Shown one piece after another: positions 9,483-18,514 of a stretch of 36,803 nt of DNA. The notes beneath the pieces were generated by a model, which saw only the letters and a list, made by a program, of their open reading frames with translations, ran no database searches and was not told the origin of the DNA. How positions within the stretch are numbered: the first letter of the stretch is position 1; every line of letters begins with the position of its first letter. The position numbers were made by a program, and so were the translations under genes. The DNA is from Candidatus Sumerlaeales bacterium. GTDB taxonomy: Bacteria; Sumerlaeota; Sumerlaeia; Sumerlaeales; Sumerlaeaceae. The stretch spans positions 1 to 36,803 of the forward strand of contig JBBSQY010000034.1 in assembly GCA_038243585.1 (NCBI GenBank). The letters run 5' to 3'.

Positions 9483-9947
9483 TTACTGGCTTTTTTCCAA
9501 TTTTAAAGCTATAGAGTTCATGCAGTATCTTTTTCCGGTCGGCTTCGGGCCATCGTTGAAGACGTGTCCCAGATGTCCACCGCAGTCAGCGCAGACTACT
9601 TCAGTTCTGCTCATGCCGTGGGCGCTGTCGGTCTTGGTTTTTACTCCATCCGCGATGGGCTGGTAAAAGCTTGGCCATCCGGTGCCGGAGTCAAATTTTG
9701 TTTCGGAAGTAAACAGCTGATTTCCACATCCCGCGCACTGGTAAGTGCCTTTAGCTTTTTCCTTGTCGTACTTCCCAGAGAATGCGGGTTCTGTTCCTTT
9801 TTCGCGCAAAATGTTGTACTGGTCTGCAGTAAGTTTGCTTTTCCAGTCTACCTCGCCCGGTTTTAACACAGGCTCTGCTGTCGCCACCGTCATCATGCAT
9901 ACGCCGGTGATTACTGCAATTACCAGCATATTGATATATTTTGTCAT
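9483..9947 (-). CDS. msrB: Peptide-methionine (R)-S-oxide reductase with N-terminal signal peptide
   Basis: [44 protein letters not shown] and RYCMNS. Hydrophobic N-terminus ending ATA-E. Confidence 0.97.
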   Translation of the reverse strand: MTKYINMLVIAVITGVCMMTVATAEPVLKPGEVDWKSKLTADQYNILREKGTEPAFSGKYDKEKAKGTYQCAGCGNQLFTSETKFDSGTGWPSFYQPIADGVKTKTDSAHGMSRTEVVCADCGGHLGHVFNDGPKPTGKRYCMNSIALKLEKSQ

Positions 9948-10089
9948 TGAGGGCTCTCCACTATTTAAGCTTTTCCAGTGTTGTCGAGGTTGCTATTATA
10001 TGACAGTTTGGCCGGAATAAATGCTTAAATTGCGTTCGCTTTGTCCTTAATGAGTTTGTTCGGCAGGCGCGCCCATGGAAAACCGTCTT

Positions 10090-11034
10090 TTAAGCGACTA
10101 CGACTCCGTTTTTCATCAGGTCCAAAGCGAGGATAACCGCACCTTCCACGGGTTCGCCGCGGGGGCGGGTCACGTTGACTGCGGGCAGGAGCTCAGCCAC
10201 GGCCTGTTTAAACATCTGGAAGAACGGGTCTGCTTTGCGCAGGTTTCCGCCGGCTACGATAACTTCGTAATCGGTCTGGTCCGTCGGAAATAATCGGCGC
10301 GATACAGCTTCGGCTATTTCCGCCAGTTCTCTCGCCTCGGATTTTAAGATCTGAGTTGCCGTTTCATCGCCATCGGCCGCGGCCTGATGCACCAGCCGGC
10401 TTAGGGCAGCGATCTTGGCCTTATCAGCCTGGATGTCCCTGATCCAGCCAAGCAACTGGTCCGGGCGCTCGAGTTCAAGTTGCCCGAGCATCAATTCCTG
10501 AAGGCGATCACATTTCAATCTGCCATCGTGGGCCTTCATAATTGCTCGAAGGCCGCGCAGGGCAAGCGTGTAGCCGCTGCCCTCGTCGCCTAGAATATGG
10601 CCCCATCCGCCGGCGCGCACCCGTTCTCCTTTTTCGTTAATGCCAAAGGCGATGCTGCCGGTACCGCTGATTACGATAATTCCGAAGGGCTTTAGCGCCC
10701 CGCCGGTCAAAGCGATTACACCATCGTTAACAGGCAACACATCTGCGGCAGGCAAAAACGCGTTTACCATGTCTCGCACCATGGGTTTGTCTTCCGGGCG
10801 ATCAACCCCTGCCATGCCAAGACAGATGGCCTTTACGTCGGTCGCAACAGCGCCAGCCGCCGCCAAAAGGGTTTCGGTTAGAACTTTCAGGTTTGCACTG
10901 ACGACGTCCATGGAATTGCTGTGAGGATTGGTGCTGCCGACTTCTTGCTGCGCGATAATTTTTCCATCTTCACCGGCTATCGCGCCCAACGTTTTCGTGC
11001 CGCCGCCATCTACGCCAATTACATAATTCGCCAT
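10090..11034 (-). CDS. BadF/BadG/BcrA/BcrD-family ATPase, likely GlcNAc/MurNAc-type sugar kinase
   Basis: GVDGGGTKT, GMAGVD, ND, ISGTGS and RAGGWGHILGDEGSG motifs. Confidence 0.85.
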   Translation of the reverse strand: MANYVIGVDGGGTKTLGAIAGEDGKIIAQQEVGSTNPHSNSMDVVSANLKVLTETLLAAAGAVATDVKAICLGMAGVDRPEDKPMVRDMVNAFLPAADVLPVNDGVIALTGGALKPFGIIVISGTGSIAFGINEKGERVRAGGWGHILGDEGSGYTLALRGLRAIMKAHDGRLKCDRLQELMLGQLELERPDQLLGWIRDIQADKAKIAALSRLVHQAAADGDETATQILKSEARELAEIAEAVSRRLFPTDQTDYEVIVAGGNLRKADPFFQMFKQAVAELLPAVNVTRPRGEPVEGAVILALDLMKNGVVVA

Positions 11035-11214
11035 GCCGAAAAATCCTTTAAAGCCTTGTTTTAGGAGTACTGTGAAATCTCATACCATAAAAGCCCAGAA
11101 AAAATAATTTAGGGTCTGCTTTTCTTTTTTTTGCTTTGTATTCTGTTGGCCTGACTCCGCTGTGTATGTAAGGTTTCGTGGTTTTACGATGCGCCAATTA
11201 AGTGAACGTCAATT

Positions 11215-12654
11215 ATGATGAAATATCACATTGCCCTGACAGCCGCCGCCGTCATAGGCGCCCTGATTATGCTGGTTGGGTTTATCGATTATAACGGCTT
11301 CTGGATCGATGAGCTGTATACGCTTCACTCGATTCGCCTGGGGTGGCGCGAGATGGTCCTGGAGCGTCTGCACCGAGGCCACTTTCCCGCATATTTTGCC
11401 GTAGCGCGCCTTTGGCTGGCACCTTGGCCCGAAAGGTTATTTGAGACGGGGCTGCGGTGTCTGAGTGTGATGTTTTATCTCCTGGCGCTGGTGTCGTTCT
11501 GGCCTCTGGCCAGAAGGGTTTTATCTGCGCCGGCGTCGCTGGTGGCTGTTTCGCTGTTTGCCTGCAACCAGATCGCGCTACGCCAGGGGGTGGAAGCCCG
11601 AATGTATACGATGATGCTGCTGGTCGCGGTCTGGATTATCCGCTCCTGGTATGAATTGCAACAGCCGGGGGCGTCGAGCCGATGGAGAGTGGCTATGCCG
11701 CTGCTTTCGGTGGTCGGATTCATGATCTCAGGCACGACAGGCATTCTTTTAGGGTCGCTGCTAATTGTAGGATTTTTCTGCAGAAATGAGTGTCGCCAGG
11801 CTTTTCGCGCTACGGTTATTTCACTGATCCTTGGGTTGCTTTTCTTTGTTCCCGGCGCAGTGTTTCATGGAGAAACGGGACAGCGGCTGGGGATTTCATC
11901 CAGCAAGCCAACGGTGTTTCTCACGCACTTAACGGCTCTTATGCCGGGGGTGCAAATTTGGGATGACTATTACGAAACTGATTTTCGGTTGATTGGTTTG
12001 CTGTGCATCGGATGTGCAGTTACCTTGATGGCCGGGTTTGTACTTTGGAAGAACCGGAGCGAGCTGCCGTCGTCAATCAAGCGGATGGCCGCCGCTGCCG
12101 TGCTGCCTTTGGGGCTTATTACACTGGCTTACCCGCTGGTTGAGTTGTTCAGCCTTAGCATCATGGGACCACCACGATATTTTCTTAATCTGATGCCTAT
12201 GGCGGCACTGGTGGGAGCATGGACCCTTATGCAGTTTTCCCGCCGGCTTCTTGTTCATGGGGCACTAACCGTTTTCCTCCTGTTTAGCGCCTGGACAATT
12301 CTTACGGTGAACTCGGAACAGTTTCGGAAACAGGTGACGGTTTACCTGGGACCCCGTTATCATCCGGGGGATGGAATTGTGGTTACGCCGCATGAGATCG
12401 CGGATGGCGTGGAACTGTATCTTCCGGGGACAACAGTTGACCAGGCGGTGAGCCGATGGATCATGGACCGTGAGGAGCTTCGGGCGAGGCTGGAGCCGCT
12501 AAGCAATAGGGCTGTCGTCTGGCTGATCTGGTACCGGGGAAACGATTCTCCGCTTCTGGAGGTGGCCGAGGAAATGTGGGGCCAGCCGGAAAGCAACCGC
12601 CCGGCCAAGCCGCACGGCAAGCTGCGCATATATAAGTTTAATCCGATGGATTGA
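11215..12654 (+). CDS. GT-C fold membrane glycosyltransferase (PMT_2/GT39-GT83-like)
   Basis: FWIDELYT after TM1, HFPAYF, EARMY and PRY motifs. Many TM segments and a C-terminal extracytoplasmic domain. Confidence 0.8.
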   Translation: MMKYHIALTAAAVIGALIMLVGFIDYNGFWIDELYTLHSIRLGWREMVLERLHRGHFPAYFAVARLWLAPWPERLFETGLRCLSVMFYLLALVSFWPLARRVLSAPASLVAVSLFACNQIALRQGVEARMYTMMLLVAVWIIRSWYELQQPGASSRWRVAMPLLSVVGFMISGTTGILLGSLLIVGFFCRNECRQAFRATVISLILGLLFFVPGAVFHGETGQRLGISSSKPTVFLTHLTALMPGVQIWDDYYETDFRLIGLLCIGCAVTLMAGFVLWKNRSELPSSIKRMAAAAVLPLGLITLAYPLVELFSLSIMGPPRYFLNLMPMAALVGAWTLMQFSRRLLVHGALTVFLLFSAWTILTVNSEQFRKQVTVYLGPRYHPGDGIVVTPHEIADGVELYLPGTTVDQAVSRWIMDREELRARLEPLSNRAVVWLIWYRGNDSPLLEVAEEMWGQPESNRPAKPHGKLRIYKFNPMD

Positions 12655-12691
12655 CCTTAAATGGGCCGCACGATGCTGAAATTTTTTCTAA

Positions 12692-13573
12692 CTAGCCCAG
12701 CGCCCAGTTGCCTCGATCGTCTCGTATAATCTTTGATGGCGGGGTAAACGGATCATGACCAAAGGCCAAATGCCATCCGCGCCCTTCCAACTCTTCCAGA
12801 TAAACACGTTTCTCTTCGAGGCTGGCCAGGGGGTGATTGTCAAAGGCGGGCACATAGTGGGGGCGCAGATGAGCTGCTGTCGGGAACAGGTCCACGCTGT
12901 AGAGGAGGCCGTCATCTCCATCATGGACAAGCACCATTTGCATTCCACTGGTGTGGCCATGGACCACGCGCAGGTCAATCCCGGGGGCCGGGGAGTAATC
13001 GACCTCGATCTCCCGCATCAGTCCGGCATCCCTGACAGCTTCCCAGTTTTGCGGATCATAGCTGGTTTTGTCTTTGTCTGACGGGTTGTTTGCCCACCCA
13101 AGCTGACTGGCCTGAACGAGATGTTTTGCCTTTGGGAAAACCGGGCGCAGAATCCCGTCAGGGCCAACTTCCGTTGCTCCACCGGCGTGATCGAAATGCA
13201 AGTGGGTAAAGACGAAATGTGTAACATCTTCCGGAGAGACTCCCCGGGCCGCAAGGGCGCGGGGCAAGACGCGGTCTGGCTGATCCACGGCAAATATCTG
13301 TCGCTGTTTCTCGCTCAGCTTATCCCCAGGACCGGCATCGGCGACCAGGGTGATTCCGTTTCCGCGCACCAAAAGCGCGTAGGCGGTCAGTTGAATACGG
13401 TTTAAATCGTCGCAGTGGGGATAGCTTTTCTCCCAAAGCATCTTGGGAATAATTCCGAAGCCGGCTCCCCCATCCAATCGGAATTTGCAAAGCGGGATTA
13501 GCTCGACGGTGTACGGGCCAATTTTCCGCTGGGCCGCCGGGTTGAAAACGAGAGGGTCGGAATTGATGATCAT
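12692..13573 (-). CDS. MBL-fold metallo-hydrolase (YtnP-like)
   Basis: FRLDGGAGFGIIPK, THLHFDHAGG, GHTSG and FGHDP motifs. Confidence 0.9.
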   Translation of the reverse strand: MIINSDPLVFNPAAQRKIGPYTVELIPLCKFRLDGGAGFGIIPKMLWEKSYPHCDDLNRIQLTAYALLVRGNGITLVADAGPGDKLSEKQRQIFAVDQPDRVLPRALAARGVSPEDVTHFVFTHLHFDHAGGATEVGPDGILRPVFPKAKHLVQASQLGWANNPSDKDKTSYDPQNWEAVRDAGLMREIEVDYSPAPGIDLRVVHGHTSGMQMVLVHDGDDGLLYSVDLFPTAAHLRPHYVPAFDNHPLASLEEKRVYLEELEGRGWHLAFGHDPFTPPSKIIRDDRGNWALG

Positions 13574-13747
13574 AAATGTCCTAATGCGATGGGTTGACGG
13601 GTATTCTAATTTAAGAAAGGTTCTGACGGTTAACAGTAAAGCGGTGTTCGGTGCACGTTAAGTTAAAAAGCTATGCGTTTTTCTATGGACTTTGCCGCAA
13701 CGCCAATCAAACGTGCCAACAGCTTTTTTACCTGGAGCAGTAACTCT

Positions 13748-14626
13748 ATGAAATGTCACAGATGCGGTTTGCCTGTTGAGCCCGGTGACCGTCAGTGTAG
13801 CGTTTGTGGTGAAATTTTAACCTCGAACCGCGAGGGATCCACGGCTTTCAGTTCTTCAAGTATTGCGAGTGGGGAGCAATCTCATCCGGGTGAGAACGTC
13901 CGCTCAATGCGCATGACGATTACCCCTGCGATGCAGAAGTTTGGGGTTATCTGGATGGTTGCGTGCGCCGTGTTTGCGCTGGGTTGCATATTGCTGGCTT
14001 TTGCAGAGTTTTCTACTGAGGCCATGTGGGCGGCATTTATTTCTGCGGCACTGGTGTCCGTCCCCATTCTCTTTGTCGTCCTTGGCCGGACGGTGGAGGT
14101 GGCTTATTATTTTCGTAAAGAGCTGACGGTGTTCGTGGGTATTGGCGGCGCAGTATTATGTTTTTACCTGCTCGCCCGGGCCATTCAGAAATCTAATGTC
14201 CGGGTGGAGACGGCGGGCATGCAGGAAATGGTTACGAATGAAAATTTCACCAAGACGCTGATTACGGCTATCATTTGCATAACCATCATTGGGGCCTTGC
14301 TGCCCATTGGGAAGATGATATTGAAGGGCGCGGCGATGAACATTGGTGCCGGACGCTACAAGACGGATTCCAGTCAACAGCAGCACATTCGGGCTTCGGA
14401 AAATATTAATACGCTGGAACTGCGGAAGTTGGAACTGACTCATGAAATTGAAATCAGAAAGCTGGAACTGGAAAAGGAACGGATCCGTATTGAAGCGGAA
14501 AGATATACCCTGCTGGCTGACAATCGGGATAAGCTTTTGACGGACGATCGCACTTCCAAAACCCCTGATCCCGCTGCCGGAATTCCGCCGCCTCCGCCAC
14601 CTCCCCCACCACCGGCGGCCAGCTGA
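13748..14626 (+). CDS. Zinc-ribbon membrane protein with coiled-coil and poly-Pro tail
   Basis: ATG 13748 with upstream GGAG gives MKCHRCG...CSVCG. About 4 TM segments, a charged coiled-coil region and a terminal P10. Confidence 0.7.
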   Translation: MKCHRCGLPVEPGDRQCSVCGEILTSNREGSTAFSSSSIASGEQSHPGENVRSMRMTITPAMQKFGVIWMVACAVFALGCILLAFAEFSTEAMWAAFISAALVSVPILFVVLGRTVEVAYYFRKELTVFVGIGGAVLCFYLLARAIQKSNVRVETAGMQEMVTNENFTKTLITAIICITIIGALLPIGKMILKGAAMNIGAGRYKTDSSQQQHIRASENINTLELRKLELTHEIEIRKLELEKERIRIEAERYTLLADNRDKLLTDDRTSKTPDPAAGIPPPPPPPPPPAAS

Positions 14627-14660
14627 CTCGTGATATTATTAATCCATTTTTGCCCTTCCC

Positions 14661-15554
14661 ATGTCTAGCCCACACGACTCTCTGAACGAGGAGCTGGCCA
14701 GCGCGTGTGTGGTTCTCGGATTGCCTCCCCCGTTTGGCGCTGACGAAGCCAAATCCAGATACCGGGAGCTTGCGAAGCTATATCATCCGGATGTGGGTGT
14801 TTTAAAAAACGGGCCTCGGTTTGCGGATATATCCCGCGCTTATGACCTGATAGAAAAGAACTTTGAGCGACTGGCAGCGGTCAAGCTCAGCGTATGGATG
14901 GGTGCCGACGCCAGCCATTCAAGAATTGAGGATCTGCTGCGCCAGCTCCATGATGCACGTACCAAATCCGTAAAATCTGAAGCGCGAGCACAGCAGGAGG
15001 CTGAAAAAGCCAATGCCGCGCAACAGAGTTACCTGCTGTCTCACAAGAGCTCGGGCAAGGTCATTATTGGGACGACATTGATCTGCCTAGCCGCCTTGGC
15101 CCTGGGGTTTCTGGCAGGCATGGTGTGGTCTTACACGCCTCCAATAATTCCGCTGAAACCGGGGCAAGTATTTGTGGTTGCTGGCGAGCTGAGTACTACT
15201 TCTACGCAACAGTCTCTTGCGTTGCCCTACGACAGATATCCAGTTAATGTAACTTGGAATGGACCTGTCACATATCGGCTTGAGTATGAGAGCGGCCAGG
15301 TGACCCTGGATGATGGCGTGGCTACTTTAGAGTCGACGCCGACGGTAGTGCTGGAGAGCCTGCCAGCACTGCAGATTGCGCTCGTTCCATCGACTGCGCC
15401 TGTGGTCACGCCGGTGCCATCGCCGACTCCTGTAGTGGCTGCGCCGATACCTGCACTGACGCCAACGCCGGTGCCAACCGCGACTCCATCGCCATTGCCT
15501 GCTACACCATCTGTGTCTACCACATCATCTTTAACACAGCCCCCCGCCCCTTGA
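14661..15554 (+). CDS. Membrane-anchored J-domain protein with Pro/Thr-rich tail
   Basis: VLGL..AKSRYRELAKLYHPDV..FADISRAY (HPD motif), then coiled coil, one TM segment and TPVPSPTP repeats. Confidence 0.85.
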   Translation: MSSPHDSLNEELASACVVLGLPPPFGADEAKSRYRELAKLYHPDVGVLKNGPRFADISRAYDLIEKNFERLAAVKLSVWMGADASHSRIEDLLRQLHDARTKSVKSEARAQQEAEKANAAQQSYLLSHKSSGKVIIGTTLICLAALALGFLAGMVWSYTPPIIPLKPGQVFVVAGELSTTSTQQSLALPYDRYPVNVTWNGPVTYRLEYESGQVTLDDGVATLESTPTVVLESLPALQIALVPSTAPVVTPVPSPTPVVAAPIPALTPTPVPTATPSPLPATPSVSTTSSLTQPPAP

Positions 15555-15591
15555 AAGCACTTTAGTCAATATTTCAAGGCGCAGCTCACTG

Positions 15592-15651
15592 ACACAGGCG
15601 GGACGCCTATGCTACTTCTACTGCATACCAGCGGGGCGGCTGTGCTACTTC
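15592..15651. repeat. REP-like family A, one full and one degenerate tandem copy, between convergent genes
   Basis: ACACAGGCGGGACGCCTATGCTACTTCT (15592-15619) is identical to 29404-29431. Degenerate copy CAGCGGGGCGGCTGTGCTACTTC at 15629-15651. The reverse complement reads GTAG followed by a palindrome. Confidence 0.9.
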
Positions 15652-15669
15652 GGGTGCGGATTTACTATT

Positions 15670-17124
15670 CTATAGGCCTAGTTGTTCCCACATTTCATCT
15701 ACGCGAGTTTTTACTTCGTCGGACATGGTGATTATCTCTGGCCATTCGCGTTCGAATCCTTCGGATTTCCATTTGGTGGTGGCGTCTATGCCGAGTTTGC
15801 CGCCGTAACGCCATATCTGGCTTGAGTGGTCAAGGTCGTCTACGGGGCCTTTTACCAATTCCAGGTCGCGGGCGTAGTCTACGCTGCCGAGGGCGCGCCA
15901 GGCTAGTTCGCGGTAATCGCGTATGTCTACGTCGTGGTCCACTACCAGAATCATCTTGGTGAACATCGCCTGGCCGAGGCCCCAGATACCGTGCATCACC
16001 TTTCGGGCGTGGCCCGGGAAGCCCTTCCGGATCGAGAGGATCATCAGGTTGTGAAACACCCCCTCTGCGGGCATGTGCATATCTACCACCTCTGGAAACT
16101 GACGCTTCATGATGGGCGTGAAGAGGGCCTCGATAGCCTCGCCCATGTAGGCATCTTCCATGGGCGGTCTGCCGACGATGGTGTGGATATAGACGGGGTC
16201 GCGGCGGTGGGACATGGCCGTGAGGTGAAATACGGGATACTGATCGGCCAGGGAATAATAGCCGGTATGATCGCCGAATGGTCCCTCGAGGCGCAGTTCC
16301 GACGGGTCGACGTAGCCCTCCAGCACGATTTCCGCTTCTGCCGGAACCATCAGATCGTTAGTGCGGCACTTGACCATTTTTACGGCTTCGCCGCGTATCA
16401 TTCCGGCGAAAAGCATCTCGAAAACGTCTGGCGGCAGGGGGCAGGCCGCTGTGAAAATCTCGACTGGGCCGCCGCCCATGGCGATGGAAACTGGCAGCAT
16501 CTCGCCGCGCTCGGCCATCTGGCGCAGGTGCTCTGCACCGCCTTTGTGGAGGTGCCAGTGCATGCCGCAGGTTTTGCTGTCGTAAACCTGTAAACGATAC
16601 ATCCCACAATTGCTCGCCTTTGTGCGGGGGTCGCGACTGAACACCATGGGCATGGTGATGAAGCGTCCGCCATCGTCGGGCCAGCATTGACAGACGGGCA
16701 TCATGTCGAAGGATGGATCATCGACGATAACTTCCATGCAGGGGGCCTGGCGTTGAGGGGTCTCCACAGGAAAGATTTCATTGAGCTGTTTAAGCTTCGG
16801 CAACATCTTGAGCTTGTCCATGAAGCCGAGGGAGCCCTTGGGTTCGAGCATGGCCAGGAAGTTCTCTGTTGCGTCGCTGATCTTGTCCTGGCCGCACACC
16901 ATCTGCATCCGTCGCCGGCTGCCGAAGGTGTTGATCAGAAGGGGCATGCCGTTGCCGCCTTTCAAATTCGTAAACAACAGGGCGGGGCCGCCGCCGGGGG
17001 ATTTCATGACGCGGTCGGCGATCTCTGTCACTTCCAGTATGGGATCAACGGGATGATCAATACGTCGCAGTTCTCCGGCGGTTTCCAGCGCGCGGATGAA
17101 CTCTCTGAGGTTTGCAAAGCTCAA
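15670..17124 (-). CDS. ubiD: UbiD-family decarboxylase (menaquinone-biosynthesis decarboxylase-like)
   Basis: LREFIRALE, GPALLF, NCGMYRLQ, EGPFGDHTGYY, GRPPMED and GKLGIDAT. TTG start. Confidence 0.9.
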   Translation of the reverse strand: MSFANLREFIRALETAGELRRIDHPVDPILEVTEIADRVMKSPGGGPALLFTNLKGGNGMPLLINTFGSRRRMQMVCGQDKISDATENFLAMLEPKGSLGFMDKLKMLPKLKQLNEIFPVETPQRQAPCMEVIVDDPSFDMMPVCQCWPDDGGRFITMPMVFSRDPRTKASNCGMYRLQVYDSKTCGMHWHLHKGGAEHLRQMAERGEMLPVSIAMGGGPVEIFTAACPLPPDVFEMLFAGMIRGEAVKMVKCRTNDLMVPAEAEIVLEGYVDPSELRLEGPFGDHTGYYSLADQYPVFHLTAMSHRRDPVYIHTIVGRPPMEDAYMGEAIEALFTPIMKRQFPEVVDMHMPAEGVFHNLMILSIRKGFPGHARKVMHGIWGLGQAMFTKMILVVDHDVDIRDYRELAWRALGSVDYARDLELVKGPVDDLDHSSQIWRYGGKLGIDATTKWKSEGFEREWPEIITMSDEVKTRVDEMWEQLGL

Positions 17125-17319
17125 TAGCGTAACCTTTTATAGAAGTATTAGCGCGGGCCAACGGGTGTGTTCACGCAAATCCAAAGCCGATTAACGTTTG
17201 GCGCGCGCGGCCTGACCACATGTTTCCTTTCAAGTTAACGTTGACGTTATCAGTTCTGTCGGGCAGTCGTTGTTTTAGTAGTTAGATTTTGGCGATTCCC
17301 ATCGAGTCTCCAGCCAGGA

Positions 17320-18426
17320 ATGTCGCCCATGTTGATTCTTCGCAGTTTGGTTTGTGCGCTTTTCGCCGCCCTCGGAATTAGCGGTTTTGCAGCCGACATT
17401 ATCGTCGAATCCCGCGCTGAGGGCAAAAACTACAGCGGGTATAGTGAACCGGTTGGCTCGTGGCTTGATAGTAATGATCCCCCTGCAACTGCGAAGAGCA
17501 GCGCCGACGGGCTGACCCCGCAGGGGCAGGTCGGTTCGAGAAAGACAAGCACATCTGCCGAGTTGACCAGTGCCGCCACTGGCGTTTTAAGTTCGGCCCG
17601 GTTTACTCCCGATATTGCAACGGGTGGTGATTATCACGTTTATATCACTTTCCCCCGGGCGGGAAATGCCGCATCGCTTACTGTTGCGGTGAAGCACGCG
17701 GAGGGTGAGGAGAAAAAAACCATTAACCAGGACGGATGGGGAGCCATCGATACGGCTAATGGGAACAAGTGGATAAAAATTGGAGAATTCCCATTTGTCC
17801 CGGGGAAGACGCAGTATGCCGAATTGCAGGTAACAAAGGAAACTACCGTTCCGGACAAGCGCAACCCTGCCCAGGCGTTTGCGGACGCAGTTCGGTTTAC
17901 GACGGAACCGCTGCCTGAAACGGCTCCGGCGACTCCTGTAGTGGCCGCAAAACCTGCTGTGGCTGGTGCCACGCCCATAGCCACTGCCATTGGCGGGGCC
18001 AGCAATGCACCGGATGCCGTCTCGGCATTCACCCCACCCGCTGTCAAACAACCAGCTGCTGTGGCCGCGTCGGCTCCGCCTAGTAATGCACCGTTGCAAT
18101 GGGCGACGGATCTGGCGGCGGGACGGGACACTGCCGGTAAAGCGGGGAAGAAGGTGTTCGTTTTCTTTTTCTCGCCGAAGAGCATCCGGAGCGCCGACTA
18201 TGAAAAGCAGGTTTTAAACGATCCCGCTGTTAAGGGCGTTATTGTAGCGGGCTTTGTTCCGGTAAAAATTAATATGGATATGGAAATAGAGCTGGCGGGT
18301 CAGCTCCAGGTGTTTCGTGCGGGAAGCATTAGCGTGTATGACGCGGCGACGGGTAATGGCCTGGATCGCATCGGCGACGCGCCGGGCGTGGACGAACTGG
18401 TGAAGCGGCTGGAAGCGGTGAGGTAG
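17320..18426 (+). CDS. Secreted protein: beta-sandwich (golvesin/CBM-like) domain, Pro/Ala linker, thioredoxin-fold domain without CxxC
   Basis: Signal peptide (..SGFA-A). ARFTPDIATGGDYHVYITF..INQ..WIKIGEF..ADAVRF in the first domain. WATDLAAG..AGKKVFVFFFSPKSIRS..FVPVKIN in the last. Confidence 0.7.
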   Translation: MSPMLILRSLVCALFAALGISGFAADIIVESRAEGKNYSGYSEPVGSWLDSNDPPATAKSSADGLTPQGQVGSRKTSTSAELTSAATGVLSSARFTPDIATGGDYHVYITFPRAGNAASLTVAVKHAEGEEKKTINQDGWGAIDTANGNKWIKIGEFPFVPGKTQYAELQVTKETTVPDKRNPAQAFADAVRFTTEPLPETAPATPVVAAKPAVAGATPIATAIGGASNAPDAVSAFTPPAVKQPAAVAASAPPSNAPLQWATDLAAGRDTAGKAGKKVFVFFFSPKSIRSADYEKQVLNDPAVKGVIVAGFVPVKINMDMEIELAGQLQVFRAGSISVYDAATGNGLDRIGDAPGVDELVKRLEAVR

Positions 18427-18456
18427 CAGAGGCGTCCCTAATTACGTTTTAAAGCG

Positions 18457-18483
18457 CGGACGGCTCGGCGAGCCCTCCCTACC
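18457..18483. repeat. REP-like family B between convergent genes
   Basis: CGGACGGCTCGGCGAGCCCTCCCTACC, 26/27 identical to 29479-29505. Confidence 0.9.
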
Positions 18484-18514
18484 CTAAAACAGATAAACAG
18501 GTGCGACGCCTATT

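Noticed and set aside
12662..12675. 14-bp match TGGGCCGCACGATG to the terminator arm at 3049-3062
   Set aside because: Only half of the hairpin is present, and a single short match is too weak to call a repeat family.
12692..12712. MBL hydrolase C-terminus (RGNWALG) as a fourth tail
   Set aside because: Has Trp but lacks the Val and Tyr, and the protein has no signal peptide.
15750..15759. GTTCGAATCC, a tRNA T-loop-like sequence
   Set aside because: Lies inside the UbiD CDS with no cloverleaf around it.
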